This document shows, piece by piece, positions 1 to 12,730 of a DNA stretch of 64,000 bases (its first letter is position 1; each line of letters starts with the position of its first letter). The DNA is from Octopus vulgaris. Lineage: Eukaryota. The notes under the pieces were generated by a model. It had not been told where the DNA came from. It ran no database searches and was given only the letters and a program-made list of their open reading frames with translations. The stretch spans positions 29,450,001-29,514,000 of the forward strand of contig OX597818.1 of assembly GCA_951406725.2 (NCBI GenBank). Reading direction: 5' to 3'. A program made the position numbers and the translations under genes.

Positions 1-37
<37 letters not shown>

Positions 38-899
38 TGTGTAAGTGTGTGTGGGTGTGTCTGTGTATGTGCAGGTATGTATTCTGTCCTTGGGTGAGGG
101 AACATGCTGCTCAGTAGATCGAAATTATTCTCGTGCTCTTACTTGCCCCCTTCGTTTTCTCTCTTTTGCTACGGTCTAACAAAGTTACATCTTTTGATTG
201 TACGATGTATTTATGGTTGTATTGAAGCAAAAAAAAAAATTGAAATAAAAGAGAAATATTCGATAAAATTAATTATTTAATTTGGCGATTTCGTCTTCAA
301 TGCCATTCATTTAAAACTGTAAATATACGGTGTCTCTGAATTAACTATTTCAATGAAATCGAGCAAATTTTATATAAAATGATAGAATCTTATGTTTATT
401 ACTTTATTATGATGCCAAAGCAAATAGATTTTATAAATCTTACGTCAAAACTTTATTGAAAATTTTCAACATGTGCTCCGTTTGTATCCCGCCAATTTCA
501 AATCTATCATTAGCAATGCGAAATACATTTTGAAGCGTTTAAGGAGTTATCACCTGCACTGCTACTTGAACTATTGTTCCATTGTGGTTATGGGGGTAGA
601 GAAAATGATTACAGCTAAATTGAAAAGAAGCTGTTGTGGACAAATAAGCAGGATTCAACAAGAGTGAAAATAACATTATGAAAAAGAAATTATAAAAATT
701 ATAAAATTATATAGAATTAAAAAATTGTAAACGCATTTTAAACACTATAAACATAAATAAAAGTGAGTTTCTAAAAACATTGTCCGATTTCACTGTAAAG
801 ATAGTTAATTCTGGGATACCTTGTATATTACTTTTAAAACTGCAAAATTGACTGCTGAAAAGTTTTCTAAAGTGCATAATACAACTGTGCAACAGAAGA

Positions 900-1417
900 G
901 AATTAAAAAAGGGAGTGGTCAGACATCTCTGCGGAAGTTCAAGTTACTTTTGATAAAAAGGATTCGAAAATTCTGAATAGTATTCTACAATAGATCTTCA
1001 GTCCATAATCAGCTTCTGTAGTTCCTCTAAAATCCATAGATGGCACGACACTCATTAAAGACCCGAAAATATGATGGAACATTTTGCTGGGTCTTTTTCA
1101 ATCTCTCATTGCAGAACAGGGCAATTGTTGATGAAGTATATCTTGCTGAAGTATCAACACGATATACTTCATCAAACTGGCTGTAAGCTGCAGGGTATGG
1201 AGTAGTTTTAGGAATTAAACCGATCAAAACTAGCAAGGCATAAGGATTAGATGGAATCCCAACAGAACTGCAACATATTGAGAGGCGAAATGCTATGACT
1301 GGCATACTAAATATGATAGCATGTAGCTGGGAAAGAACATCTACACTATAAGAGCAGACTGATAGAAGTGTTTATACACAAATATGTTTATACACAAATG
1401 TGTGTGTGTGTGTGTGT

Positions 1418-1498
<81 letters not shown>

Positions 1499-3220
1499 CT
1501 TCCTCGTGGTATCACTCTCGTGGAGTCTGTTAGCAAGGTTTATCCAGATTGTTTTTGAATCGGTTAATGAAACCTATCTGCCTCTCAGTGCGAGCCAGAA
1601 AGCAATCTTAGTTTTACATCAAATAGTGGTATTTATTGCAGACATGATTATTTCGGTGTGATAACATCAAGAAAAATGCATTGAGCAGCAGTTACCTCTA
1701 CATTAGGTCTTTGTCGGCTTATCAAAGTCCTTTGATATTGTTAACAAAATGGTGTAGTGGAAAGTTCTTGGAAAGTTGGGTTCTCCACCAAATTTTGTTT
1801 AAAATATTTAAGGAATTACCCCGTAACGTAAAGGGTCGAATCATTTTCAAAAGACAACCTTCTAATAAAATGCTGTAAACAATGGAATTAAACAAGATAT
1901 TCCAGCCTCTACTCTATTTTTCAATATTATTCACTACTTTTCTAATATCTTCCAAGATTTTGACATTGATATCCAGCTGCGGTTTAGAAAAACTGGTATG
2001 GTCAACTGCAAATTTGAAACATTCATAAGATTGATTCATGAACTGCTTTATGCAGATGATATTAATTTTGTTGCTCATGTCTAAAAACAATATGCAACTT
2101 ACAACGGATTAATTTTCAGCAATAGGCGTTGCCTTTAGTAGTACAGGAAGCTTGAAGAAGACATATGTAATGTTCACTCCACTGTCAAGTTACTTATACA
2201 CTAAACCTTCATTAAACCTTCATACCTTCGTGAATGGCACTACATTGACGGTTGTATGCACATCTTTATATCTTAAGAGTATATTGTGAAGAGATGGATC
2301 ATTGAACGCTGAAATCCAAAAAGGCTGTGCACTCTTCGGCAAGTTAGAAAGTATTGTGTGGTCAGATCGCGGCATCACCATTCGAAACAAAGACAGTGTC
2401 TATAACAACTTGCATTCTAGCGGACCTACTGTATTTGTATGAAACATGGACAATGTACAATTGAGGCTTAAAATGTTCGAAAGATTTCAAAAGAGGTGTA
2501 TTAGATAAATACTCAGTATCAAAAGGTATGTTGTAACACCAGACAACAAGGTACTCCAGAGAGCTAATTATCTCACCGCTGAACTATTGATCACCCCTAG
2601 TCAAATGTACTAGACTGAGCAAATTTACATGAATGAGCAACGAACGACTCTCGAAATAGCTTTTCTGTGACTAACTGGAAATTGGAAAGCGTCGGTAAAC
2701 GAAGCCTAAAAACAGATACAATGGCTGTGCAAAACGCAACCTAAAAAAATCTTGGGGGTAAATGTGAGTAACTGGGAGCAATAGGTGATAAATTGAAATG
2801 GCTTGGGGGCATTCCATTAAGAAAGGTTGCAACATGTTTGAGAAAGAGACGATTGTTAAACCAAGTTGGAACATGCCTTACATAAAAAGGTTCCATATAC
2901 ATCTGCCTAATAATTTGACGATCATGAAGTGCGATACCCATAGATATACTCTTCTTTTAAAAGCTAGTTAATCACATGAAATCAAACACTGACACAATCT
3001 AGAGATGCCAATTCTTACCTTCCACATCACCAGCATATAACTAATACAGAGCAAATCTAAACCTGTACTGCAAAGGTATATCACCCATCTGCAAAGGAAT
3101 ATCACCCAACTGATGTATACCCATCATTCAGCTGGAGATGCTACTTTCGTTTGTCATATTTCGCTCTAGACCTAAATCATTAGCTTGTATTAAGAGTCAT
3201 CTCAAATCATATAAGTGCAT
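900..3220 (+). mobile_element. Decayed RTE-clade LINE (RT plus C-terminal region), interrupted by a (TG)n tract at ~1398-1496
   Basis: Frameshifted motifs in RTE order: VPLKSIDGTTLIKDP, KA*GLDGIPTEL, RGITL, LSKSFDIVN, LIHELLYADD (YADD at 2049-2060), FGKLESIVWSDRGITIRNK, LLYLYETW, GKR..KPKNRY, then zinc-finger remnants near 2950-3210. Confidence 0.88.
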
Positions 3221-3685
3221 CACATTGAGTAGCTTAACTGAACATTGAATAATGAGACAGTTATCATCTGACAAGATGATACACAAAATTTACATACAAT
3301 ATACACAATTTTCACACACATATATACACCGACATACACGCACGCACGCTCACATAAAGTGATATTGGCAAGGTTTTTTCGCCAAGTATGTATTTGGTTT
3401 GACGTCAAGCTTAGTTCTTCGAAATACAATTGATCGAAAGCAATGATATTTCATGTTCTGGCAGCTGCAAATAGATTGCCCCGATGTTTTTTAAGACTTC
3501 GGACTATTGCTTGTTTTTACATTTTAATTAAAAGAGATTTTCATAAAACAATTCAAAATTACTTTAATATTGACTATAATCCGATTAATTGTGTACGCGG
3601 GCAACTACTACTTCGATCAATTGATTTCCTTCGCAATTGTTTTCTATATATTTTATTGCAATCTATCTTTTTCGATCAACTGAAT

Positions 3686-3747
<62 letters not shown>

Positions 3748-3766
3748 TGTGTGTTATCTTAGATAA

Positions 3767-3823
<57 letters not shown>

Positions 3824-4284
3824 GCATGCCTGCATACATACATACATACATACGTACATACATACATACATACATACATACATACATACATACATACATG
3901 TGGGATAAGGAGTTTCCTGGTCAAAATTTCAAATGTTTTCTACTTGAAGTGGAACCCTCTCGCTGATTACGTTTACACACGTCGCCATTCATCTATCTCC
4001 ATAGCGCTTTTAGTAAGATGGCATGACAAATGAGTTGACCATAAAGAGACATCTCTGCGTCATTGGATTTTAGTGATAAACACTTGTACAACATGATTTC
4101 CACTCACTGAGTCTCTGTGATAAACACCTAGTGACAAGCCAAAAGTGAGACGATCAGTAATCACATTTTAGATCACTCTTAGTGCTACTGGTAACATGCA
4201 ACCTGGTACAATCTGTCGCATGGTCGGGTTGTCGATGACTAAACTGGAAACCCTACCAACCCTATTTAGTGAGAAAAGTAGTTT

Positions 4285-5043
4285 TTGCTAGACACCCTGC
4301 AGGATGAAAAACCTAACAGCATCTCGTCCGATCAGGGTTCACAATTCACCTCAAAGCTATGGAATGACATGTGTGACCTTTTTGGAATCACAATGAACCG
4401 CACAATAGCCTACCATCCACAGGCCAACGGGTTAGTGGAGAGATTTCCCCGCCGCCTGAAGGAATCCCTGACAACCAGACTTAACGGGCCCAGTTGGACT
4501 GATCAACATCCATGGGTAATGCTGGGAATCCGCACCGCTCCAAAAGAAAATCTCAACACTTCCTCCGCGGAAATGGTGTATGATGCCCCTCTTACAGTGC
4601 CAGGAAAGTTGCTACCGAATACCAAGTCAGACCCAGATGTCAAAAGGTACTTCGCTCAACTGAGAGACAGTGTGGGCCAGATGTGCCCAATTCCTATGTC
4701 AACACACGGCACACCCAGATCATCCGAACCGAACGACCTCCACACGGATAACTTTGTGTTCGTTCGACGTGACACACGACGAAAACCCTTCCGGTCACCC
4801 TACGATGGTCCATATGAAGTCATACGTCCGACAGATAAATCATTTCAACTCCTAATTGACAGACGACAAGATAGTCTCCATCAATAGGTTAAAACCGATA
4901 CTGACAACTCCGTTTAAGTAGCCCAACCACTAAGCAGGGGCCGCCTCAGGCAGATCACACTAACCCTTGACAAAGAACAGTCACCAAAAAGCCGAGTAAC
5001 CACACACACGGGCAGGACAATTAAAATGCCTTCCCGGTTTTAA
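4285..5043 (+). mobile_element. Ty3/Gypsy integrase fragment (catalytic core and GPY/F module)
   Basis: ORF 4285-4887 has ISSDQGSQFTS, YHPQANGLVER, LGIRTAPKE and PYDGPYEV; a frameshifted continuation IVSINRLKP...GRTIKMPSRF* ends at 5043. Confidence 0.93.
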
Positions 5044-5059
5044 TGACAGTCAACAGTTC

Positions 5060-5363
5060 GGGGTGGGGTACTTTGTAGGGCAGGATTCATGACAGATGAA
5101 CTGTAGACAGGAACTTCGCTGCGGGCTAGCTAAGGAGCTGGTCTGCAGAGAGGTGGACTTCCGGTTGAGAAGTTGAAGCAAAATAATATAATCAGTAAAT
5201 GTTAAATGAATACGAATTATTTAAACAGAAGTAACTAGCGGCTATCGCCCTGATGTACTTAAAGGAATAAACCTTTGATAAGCACATTCTCGTTCTACGA
5301 ATTTATTTGTGCATATCTTAACAAAGCTATATAAGAAAAAAAACGAGACTCTTATTCACTACG
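5060..5363 (+). mobile_element. Polypurine tract and 3' LTR of the Gypsy element
   Basis: GGGGTGGGG at 5060-5068 just after the integrase stop; LTR starts TGTAG at 5074, contains AATAAA near 5266 and ends CTACG (expected CTACA) at 5359-5363. Confidence 0.7.
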
Positions 5364-5492
5364 ACCCATCGCGCACCCATACCTGGTAAGATGCTGTGCA
5401 AACAATAGTGGTGCATCATAGGTGCTGATGTGTCTCTTCAAGTGACTTGTCGAAAGGTAGCCCGTTGTTTATTCGCCGTTTCGCTTATTTGT

Positions 5493-5884
5493 TTATAAAT
5501 TTTTAAATATATATATATATATATATTATTTAATTTATTTATTTATTTATTTATTATTTAAATATAACTATCAAAAAGTATTAAAAGTTTAATATAAGAT
5601 AAAGAGTAAAACCACTACGATCGTTTCATGCCCATTAACCAATTCGAATAACAATAATTTAAATTCAATTAATAATTCGAATTATGAAGATTGACTATAA
5701 CCATAATTCGAATTATTAATTGAATTTAAATTATTGTTATTCGAATTGGTTAATGGGCATGAAACGATCGTAGTGGTTTTACTCTTTATCTTATATTAAA
5801 CTTTTAATACTTTTTGATAGTTATATTTAAATAAAAAAAATTAATAAAAAAATAAATAAATAAAATTAATAAATAAATAAATTA

Positions 5885-5977
<93 letters not shown>

Positions 5978-5988
5978 AAAATTTATAA
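5493..5988. repeat. Long palindrome (~130-bp perfect arms, 15-nt spacer), probably an inverted Penelope pLTR
   Basis: 5553-5686 is the reverse complement of 5702-5834; symmetry continues through AT microsatellites out to TTATAAATTTTTAAATAT / ATATTTAAAAATTTATAA. Confidence 0.93.
5685..5780 (+). ncRNA. Hammerhead ribozyme remnant (5' end cut by the inversion)
   Basis: TGAAGA (5685-5690), long imperfect stem II (TAACCA-T-AATTCGAAT ... ATTCGAATTGGTTA), then GAAAC-GATC-GTA at 5761-5772. Confidence 0.6.
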
Positions 5989-6110
5989 GTATAAATTATT
6001 AATTTAAATAATTATTTAAATAATTTTTAAAATTTTAACTTTAATTTAAATGTATTGGTTTATGATTTTCACTGTTTGATTTGCCTAATAGTGGTTTTAT
6101 CTCTAATTTA

Positions 6111-6142
<32 letters not shown>

Positions 6143-6769
6143 GTTGAGATTGTCTTGTACACATGTCTGTCTATTTTTCTATTCTCGAATATGTCAAAGC
6201 TGATGTTATGTCTATATTTGTCTAATTTTTATTCAGATGCGTACATCTATAAACGTGTTGTTATGTATGTTTGTATGTATATCTGTTTATGCATGCGTAC
6301 ATATGTGTGTTAATTATGTGCTAGCGCCGCTGAGGATAATATTCTCTGGGATCGCACAAAAGCCCTTTTCAGAGTTATTTATTTTGAACTGTTATTATCG
6401 CATATCTGATTAGCCTGTTATTACGTAACATGCTTCACGATTTTAGTATACATACCTTATTAGTATTTCCTCCTAAGTTCTATCTATTCTGGGAACACAT
6501 TAAAGCCATTTTCAGGACTATTTTATTTAAATTCTTACAATCGGGTAATTAATTTTATGTCATTACATAACGGACTTCACAGTTTGGGTATTCATAACTT
6601 ATTGGAAATTCCTAAAAACAAGACCCTGTGTAAGACAGTTTGGTATTCTCTGTAAAGACACAAAAACGTTGTATTGCCGTTATTGGATTAGCGAAACAAT
6701 TATGAGAACAGACCCAAGAGATAAGCCCCACTTATAAGTCAGCTAGTATATATATATATTTAAAAAATA

Positions 6770-7535
6770 CAAAAATGGGACAAGAATGCAAAATATCCAG
6801 ACAGTTAGGTGATACAAAAAAGGGACACCAAAACATCCAGACAGACGATACAAAGAAAACAAGGACGGGTCATTCGAAGTTTTCTTTCCTCAGTCGAGTT
6901 CCAGATTATCTTTGCAATTTCGGCTGGTTATACTCGAGATTGCTCCGATCTGGCCAGACCCAAGGAAAAGCTAAGCTAAGAGCACTAGATTCCTTGGAAG
7001 AAAGCAGCGAATTATACGAAAACAAGGACGAGAAAAAAACGGAGAAATGGTACACAAATAGAAATAGCAGGACATTAACAACGGGTGTCTTTCGGCTAAG
7101 GACGAATTAGATTAAGCTGGCGTATGTGGAAGTAAAGCCTTACGGCAGGGACATGAGATTTGACAGGCACAGGGAGGAATATAGATGTTGCATTGATGGT
7201 AGTCGAACCAAGAAAGCAAGGTCAGGCTTAACCGAACACCGGTCACGTGGAGAGAGAAGAGAGAGAGGTAGAGGTAGAGAGATAGAAGAATTAACGAGGG
7301 GCAAGAAAAAATGAAAGGGACAGAGTGAAGTAAAAGAGGAGGGAAGGTGAGCATGAAGAAAAGGCCAGGAATGTGAGACGGGGGGCGAATGAACGAAGTA
7401 AGTGTGAAGGGGCTGATAGAAAGAAGGAAAGAATGAAAGAATAGAAAGAGTAATAGAGTCGTACAAAATTTATATATATATATATATATACTTACATATA
7501 AGAGACCAAAGTGTACGTGCGCCGCTATATTTTTA
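6770..7535 (-). mobile_element. Non-coding interspersed repeat (Penelope pLTR-like), homologous to 37085-37830
   Basis: Shares blocks with 37085-37830 (GTCATTCG...TTTCCTCAGTC, AAGAAAG, ACAAATA, GGTGTCTTT, GCTGGCGT, AGAGTCGT.CAAAA, CGCCGCTATAT); flanked by (TA)n. Confidence 0.7.
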
Positions 7536-7539
7536 TATG

Positions 7540-7592
<53 letters not shown>

Positions 7593-7616
7593 CCTGTATG
7601 TATGTGTGTGTGTGTG

Positions 7617-7691
<75 letters not shown>

Positions 7692-7694
7692 TAT

Positions 7695-7756
<62 letters not shown>

Positions 7757-8474
7757 GTATATTTGCATAGACGCACTTACACACACATTGAGTGTGCATG
7801 TTTGTATGTGTGCTTGAGTTTTGTGTGGAAGATGTTTTGGCTATCGGTGCGTAAGGGACCGGGAATAACTCCCGATGATTATAAATGAGATAAGTTACAG
7901 GATATAAGATTTTCTTGGAAAGAATTAACTGTAGTGTTTCACTGGGGTTTTTTTTTTTTTCTGATACAGAGACAGTTCGAAATCTTTTTAAAATAAAAAC
8001 AATAAACTCATTAAATTTTACATTATTCTCACTGGTTACAACCCTAGTTGTAATCAGCGGAAATAGCGAAGTTCAAGCATTTTAATCATAGAATTATTAT
8101 GGTTCAAATGATTGAAGACCACCACCACCAAAAGTTTCATCAGTCTTTTACCGAATCATGTTTATCTACATTTTATGTTTCACGTTTGTTCATTATTATA
8201 GTGTGTTTGCTTTAATTGAACTCAACAACACGAAATGCTGTAGAAATACGTAAATATAAATTAGGTAATATTGACGGGTGTAACAATAATGTAAAACATG
8301 TTCAAATACTATTTAAATAGATACAGAAAAATTCATTTTACTCTCATTTGTTAATTTTTTCCATTTATGTATCACATTTGAAGGAGGTGCTCAATGAAGA
8401 TAACCCTACTTGTTCTTTTTATTTTTATGGTTATTTATATCTACAGTTATTGCTAGCACTAAGCAAAGTATAGT

Positions 8475-8770
8475 TGATTGATTAAAAAGTTCACTTGGCA
8501 GCCATGAGGTCCTGGGTTCGATCCCACCGCGTGGCATGGTGGTCAGTTGTTGGATCAACCCAAACCTTAGGAGGGGAATTCGGCAGATAGGGACGATGTA
8601 CAATCCCGTCGGGTGGATTGTACCTATAATTCAAAAGGTGCAGGTTTATGACGCTGATTCTACCTGACAATTACGTTAAAGGTACATGTGTTTGAGGAAT
8701 TCTCAGCTACGAGCACGATAATTCAGAAGACAAATTTTCAGGTCGAACAACTGAATCCTCAACGTTGAAA
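8475..8770 (+). mobile_element. Old tRNA-derived SINE with family-A-like 5' part and family-B-like 3' part
   Basis: B-box GGTTCGATCCC followed by ACCGCGTGGCA as in family A; later TACGTTAAAGGTACATGTGT...CTCAGC as in family B. Confidence 0.55.
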
Positions 8771-10547
8771 GCCGGAGATCCATCATTTGTAGTATTTATT
8801 AGAAATAAATGGAGTCACAGAAATGGTTGAGTGCTTGGCGAATTATTTAGTTCTGCCCTCAGCATCCTGAATTCAATGGGCTGTCTATTCCCTACTCTGA
8901 GATTGGTGAACTAAGTTGGACTCAGCTATTGTAAATTCAGCTGACTATAGCCACCCCTTCTACATGTCAGCGGATTTGTGCCAATGTGAGGCTTGTCTGA
9001 TTTATTAGTTAGAACTGAAGTTGAAATGAAAAAGTGCAAAATCCATATTTATTAGTTGAGTTTTGTTAGAAATAATAGAACATAACGTTTGTAATATCTT
9101 CTCCCTTACAGTATTAGTTTAAATGCTAAAAATTATTTCTAACAATTTTTGTAAAATTCCTGAATTTCATTTCAGTCCTTCCTTTGTTATAGATATCTTT
9201 AGCTGAACACTGGCATTGTAGTCATTCAAGTGTCTTCCGAATGACTATTATTCACAAAGAGCAACTATTTACTAAGATTTAAAGATGACAAGTACACTCA
9301 GAGAATTTTGACTCGAGTATATTTTTAAAATGCGATTCACTTTTTCAGGTGTATCATAAAACGCTGAGATCCTTCTTCACTTTAATAGTTTGCAATAAGC
9401 GTGAAATCAAAATAAGTGAAGTGTAAGTATAGTGACTGATCTAGCTCTTGTATGAGTGATATATCTCCTTAAACCAAAACTTAATATTAAAAACGTAAAA
9501 TGAAAATATTTCTGGTCGTTATGAAGAGTATCTCTGTTTTATTATGTCAAATTACTTGAAAGTATTTCCTGCGTGAAACATTCGTCCGTTAATATTGTTA
9601 CCGCATACTGAAGCTTTGGAAGAAACCTCTGACAGTGTAATGTATTTTTGCCTTCGAAACCAATCTTACTGGTACACCACAAGATTCTGCATAACTTCTT
9701 TCTAACGCCAGATAATGGGCCATTTTATAATTTCGTTTTCTAATTATAAAATGTAATTTTACAAACTGTTGGAAACAACGAATATCAAAAGGTCATAAAC
9801 TGAAGAGAAAGCATTGTAGCACACTAATCTTGAGTTTTCAAATGTCTGTTTCGATAGTTTTTGAACTAATTATTATAGACAATTGATCTATTCAATAGAT
9901 ACTCTTCTTCTATTTGCACACGCTATTGAAGGAAAAAATATTATTTTGCTATGTCGTTACTATGGTTATTTGAAAGTTTTTTTTTTCGTTCTTATATATG
10001 AAATAAACTTCTCTAGAGTGTCATTCTTTGCCAGTCGAAACATGAGATCAATACTTAAGACAGAAATCGACAAAAAAATCGTTAACTTACGCGGATTCGC
10101 TTTCCGATGGACCAACCAAAGGCTCGAGTGTCAAAGTCATTGCGACGGTAACATAGGATATTATTAATATTAGCAAAACGATTCTGTTCATTGTGTGTGA
10201 AATGAAGGCTGCGGAAGAGAAAAAAGTTTGGGTTTTTTTTCATCTTTTGTAGATATTTTGACTAGACATGACTCATATGTACAAGAGATGACATATGATA
10301 AGGTGTAATGATGAAACCGTTTTTTCCCCCAATGACATCAATAGCATAAGTGAGGTGAAATATCTTCAAACTAGAATGGAAACTGGTTTCCAGACAATTT
10401 CAAATATATTTTCAAACGTAACATTTTGTTGATTAGGGACATTTTCGTGATTCTATCATATGCATAAAACAAACTTTTGAAAACATGATTATGAAAATAT
10501 AATAGCTGAAACTATAGGTGAAAATATTTCGAGGAATATTTACAGCA

Positions 10548-10865
10548 ATATTTACATTATTTACATTTGACGGATATTTGTCCTCATCTCTTTTTTTTTT
10601 TGTTAACACAACGTTTCGGCTGATGTACTCTCCAGCCTTCATCAAATGTCTTGGGTTCTCATTCATAAGGTATTTTTCGATGTTGTTGTTGTTGTTATTA
10701 TTATTATTATTAAGGTGACTGCCTGGAATCGAACTCGGAATCTTGGGGTTAGTAGCCCTCGCTCTTAATCACTACGACATATGCCCACGGGTATATGGTG
10801 TAGTGGTTAACATCAAACAAGATGAAGACAAATATCCGTCAAATGTAAATAATGTAAATAGTGTA
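10548..10865 (-). mobile_element. tRNA-head + hammerhead element with inverted partial duplication
   Basis: Minus strand: tRNA-like 10786-10712, (AAT/AAC)n, HHR 10650-10603, tail GATGAGGACAAATATCCGTCAAATGTAAATAATGTAAAT. The first ~22 nt of the head and the tail recur on the + strand at 10789-10860. Confidence 0.8.
10603..10650 (-). ncRNA. Type I minimal hammerhead ribozyme (C3U copy)
   Basis: GACAT-TTGATGA-A-GGCTG-(10-nt loop)-CAGCC-GAAAC-GTT-GTGTT: stems I and II pair and stem III is a palindromic AACGTT. Confidence 0.75.
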
Positions 10866-11523
10866 CATAATTTCTCATCTCTTAAATATAGAACTCTAAT
10901 ATTTATAGCAAATTGTTGTATTTCGGGATGGTCATTTAATTTATTTATTTATTTATTTTGTGCCAAATAAACATACGTACTACATATTTTTTCTTCACTT
11001 GCTTATTACTATTATTTTATTATTTTAATGCCTGTCCATTGTACGGAAATCTTTTGTCACACATCTGTGACCTCTTCAGTGACACTTTTCGTTTCCGTGT
11101 GTGTTATTGCTCCATTTTTGTTTTATTTAAATAGATTACTTCAAGTACAGAGTGCCAGAAAAATGCAAGGTGATTCCAGACATATGTCATTTTCATATTT
11201 TACAGATTACTGCCAGTGTAAGAGAAGAGATACTAAATAACAAACTCGTGTGCGTGTGCGTGTGCGCGAGAGAGAGAGAAGGAGAGAGAGAGGAGAGCGA
11301 GAAGAGAGATAGAGAAATAGGGAGTATCTTTATTTGTGCTTGTGTCTCTGTAAATAAGAAGTAGCTACATACATACATACATACATACATACATACATAC
11401 ATACATACATGCATACATACATACATACATGTATGTATGTATGTATGTATGTATATACATATATACATACAAACATACAAGCATATGTACATACATATAC
11501 ATATATGTATATATGTATATGTG

Positions 11524-11591
<68 letters not shown>

Positions 11592-11620
11592 CACACTTAT
11601 GTGCTACAAGTATGGTGTAG

Positions 11621-11688
<68 letters not shown>

Positions 11689-12730
11689 TGTTCTAGGTCT
11701 ATACTCCAACATCCCCATGATATAGTGGGAAAATCCCGTTTGAAACCTCAAGTAAATAAGTTCACCTTGCATCAATGTCAGCGTTTTCATATTGTGGTGA
11801 ATGTATCCCGGATACTTGATATATTTCTGTATATAAATTCATCTCTTTCGAGTTCAAATCTAGGCTTTATTTTATGGAGCTAATGAGGTGTCGGTTTGGA
11901 GCTCACTGAAATTAGGGCAAGTAACCAAATATAGATTCGATTCGATCACTAATGTTGCACCCCTACAATAGTTGACCTTGTGTCAAAGTAGGGATTATTA
12001 ACGATATCACAATAATTAACCCAGGCTTGTTAGCAGCTTGACAATATGTTACAATTCAATAATATGCTTTAATGCTTTACATTCGATTAAATTTGTCGCT
12101 TCATTGTACTAGAAATAAAATATAGGCACAAGAAACAGGTTTCACGCTCAGTTTCTCATTTCTTTCAGACTGCGTCAAAATGTGAAGTGCTGGTAGATTA
12201 ACTTACACTATTCTGTAATGCATAAATTATGAAGAGAGGACTAGGTGGGTGGGGGTAAATTTGGAGTTTTGTTTTATCACTGAAAATATGCTTCCTTTTC
12301 GATATTCGCAAGACTTACCAAAAACGACACTACACAAATCTGCTGAAGATGTAACTGAACCGTGATAACGAGACAATTCCAATGAAAGGCTTTACCCAAA
12401 GAGAAATCAGTTCACTTCCTGGTAACTAGTATACAAACAAGGAAAGCTTCCATCCAGTCGTTTAACATGCAAGAAATTGTAGTTCAAATACCAATAGCCG
12501 CGGCAATGGTTAAGAGCACAGATAAACTAATACTAATACTAATACTAATAAGTCAGAACAAAAAGAGAGAGAAACAATGATTTTTCTGTTTTCTGTTTTT
12601 TCGATACAGAAATATGTTACCAATATGTGCGGACGTCGTCGGTAAGCGTGAAGCTACAAATCAGTGCAAAGTGAACCGTAAAACATGTATAAATGAATGT
12701 CTTACTAAGTCAACAAAATATTCACCAAAC

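Noticed and set aside
6328-6400. CTGAGGA followed by a CTCTG/CAGAG hairpin, hammerhead-like
   Set aside because: No properly placed GAAA or stem I partner; too degenerate to call.
7112-7799. Long ORFs (up to 224 aa) rich in YI, LSIY, HT, CV repeats, here and throughout
   Set aside because: They are translations of microsatellites, with no coding signal.
10712-10786. tRNA-like sequence as a real tRNA gene
   Set aside because: Acceptor stem does not pair well and it is embedded in a repeat; treated as a SINE head. The same applies to the heads of SINE families A-D.
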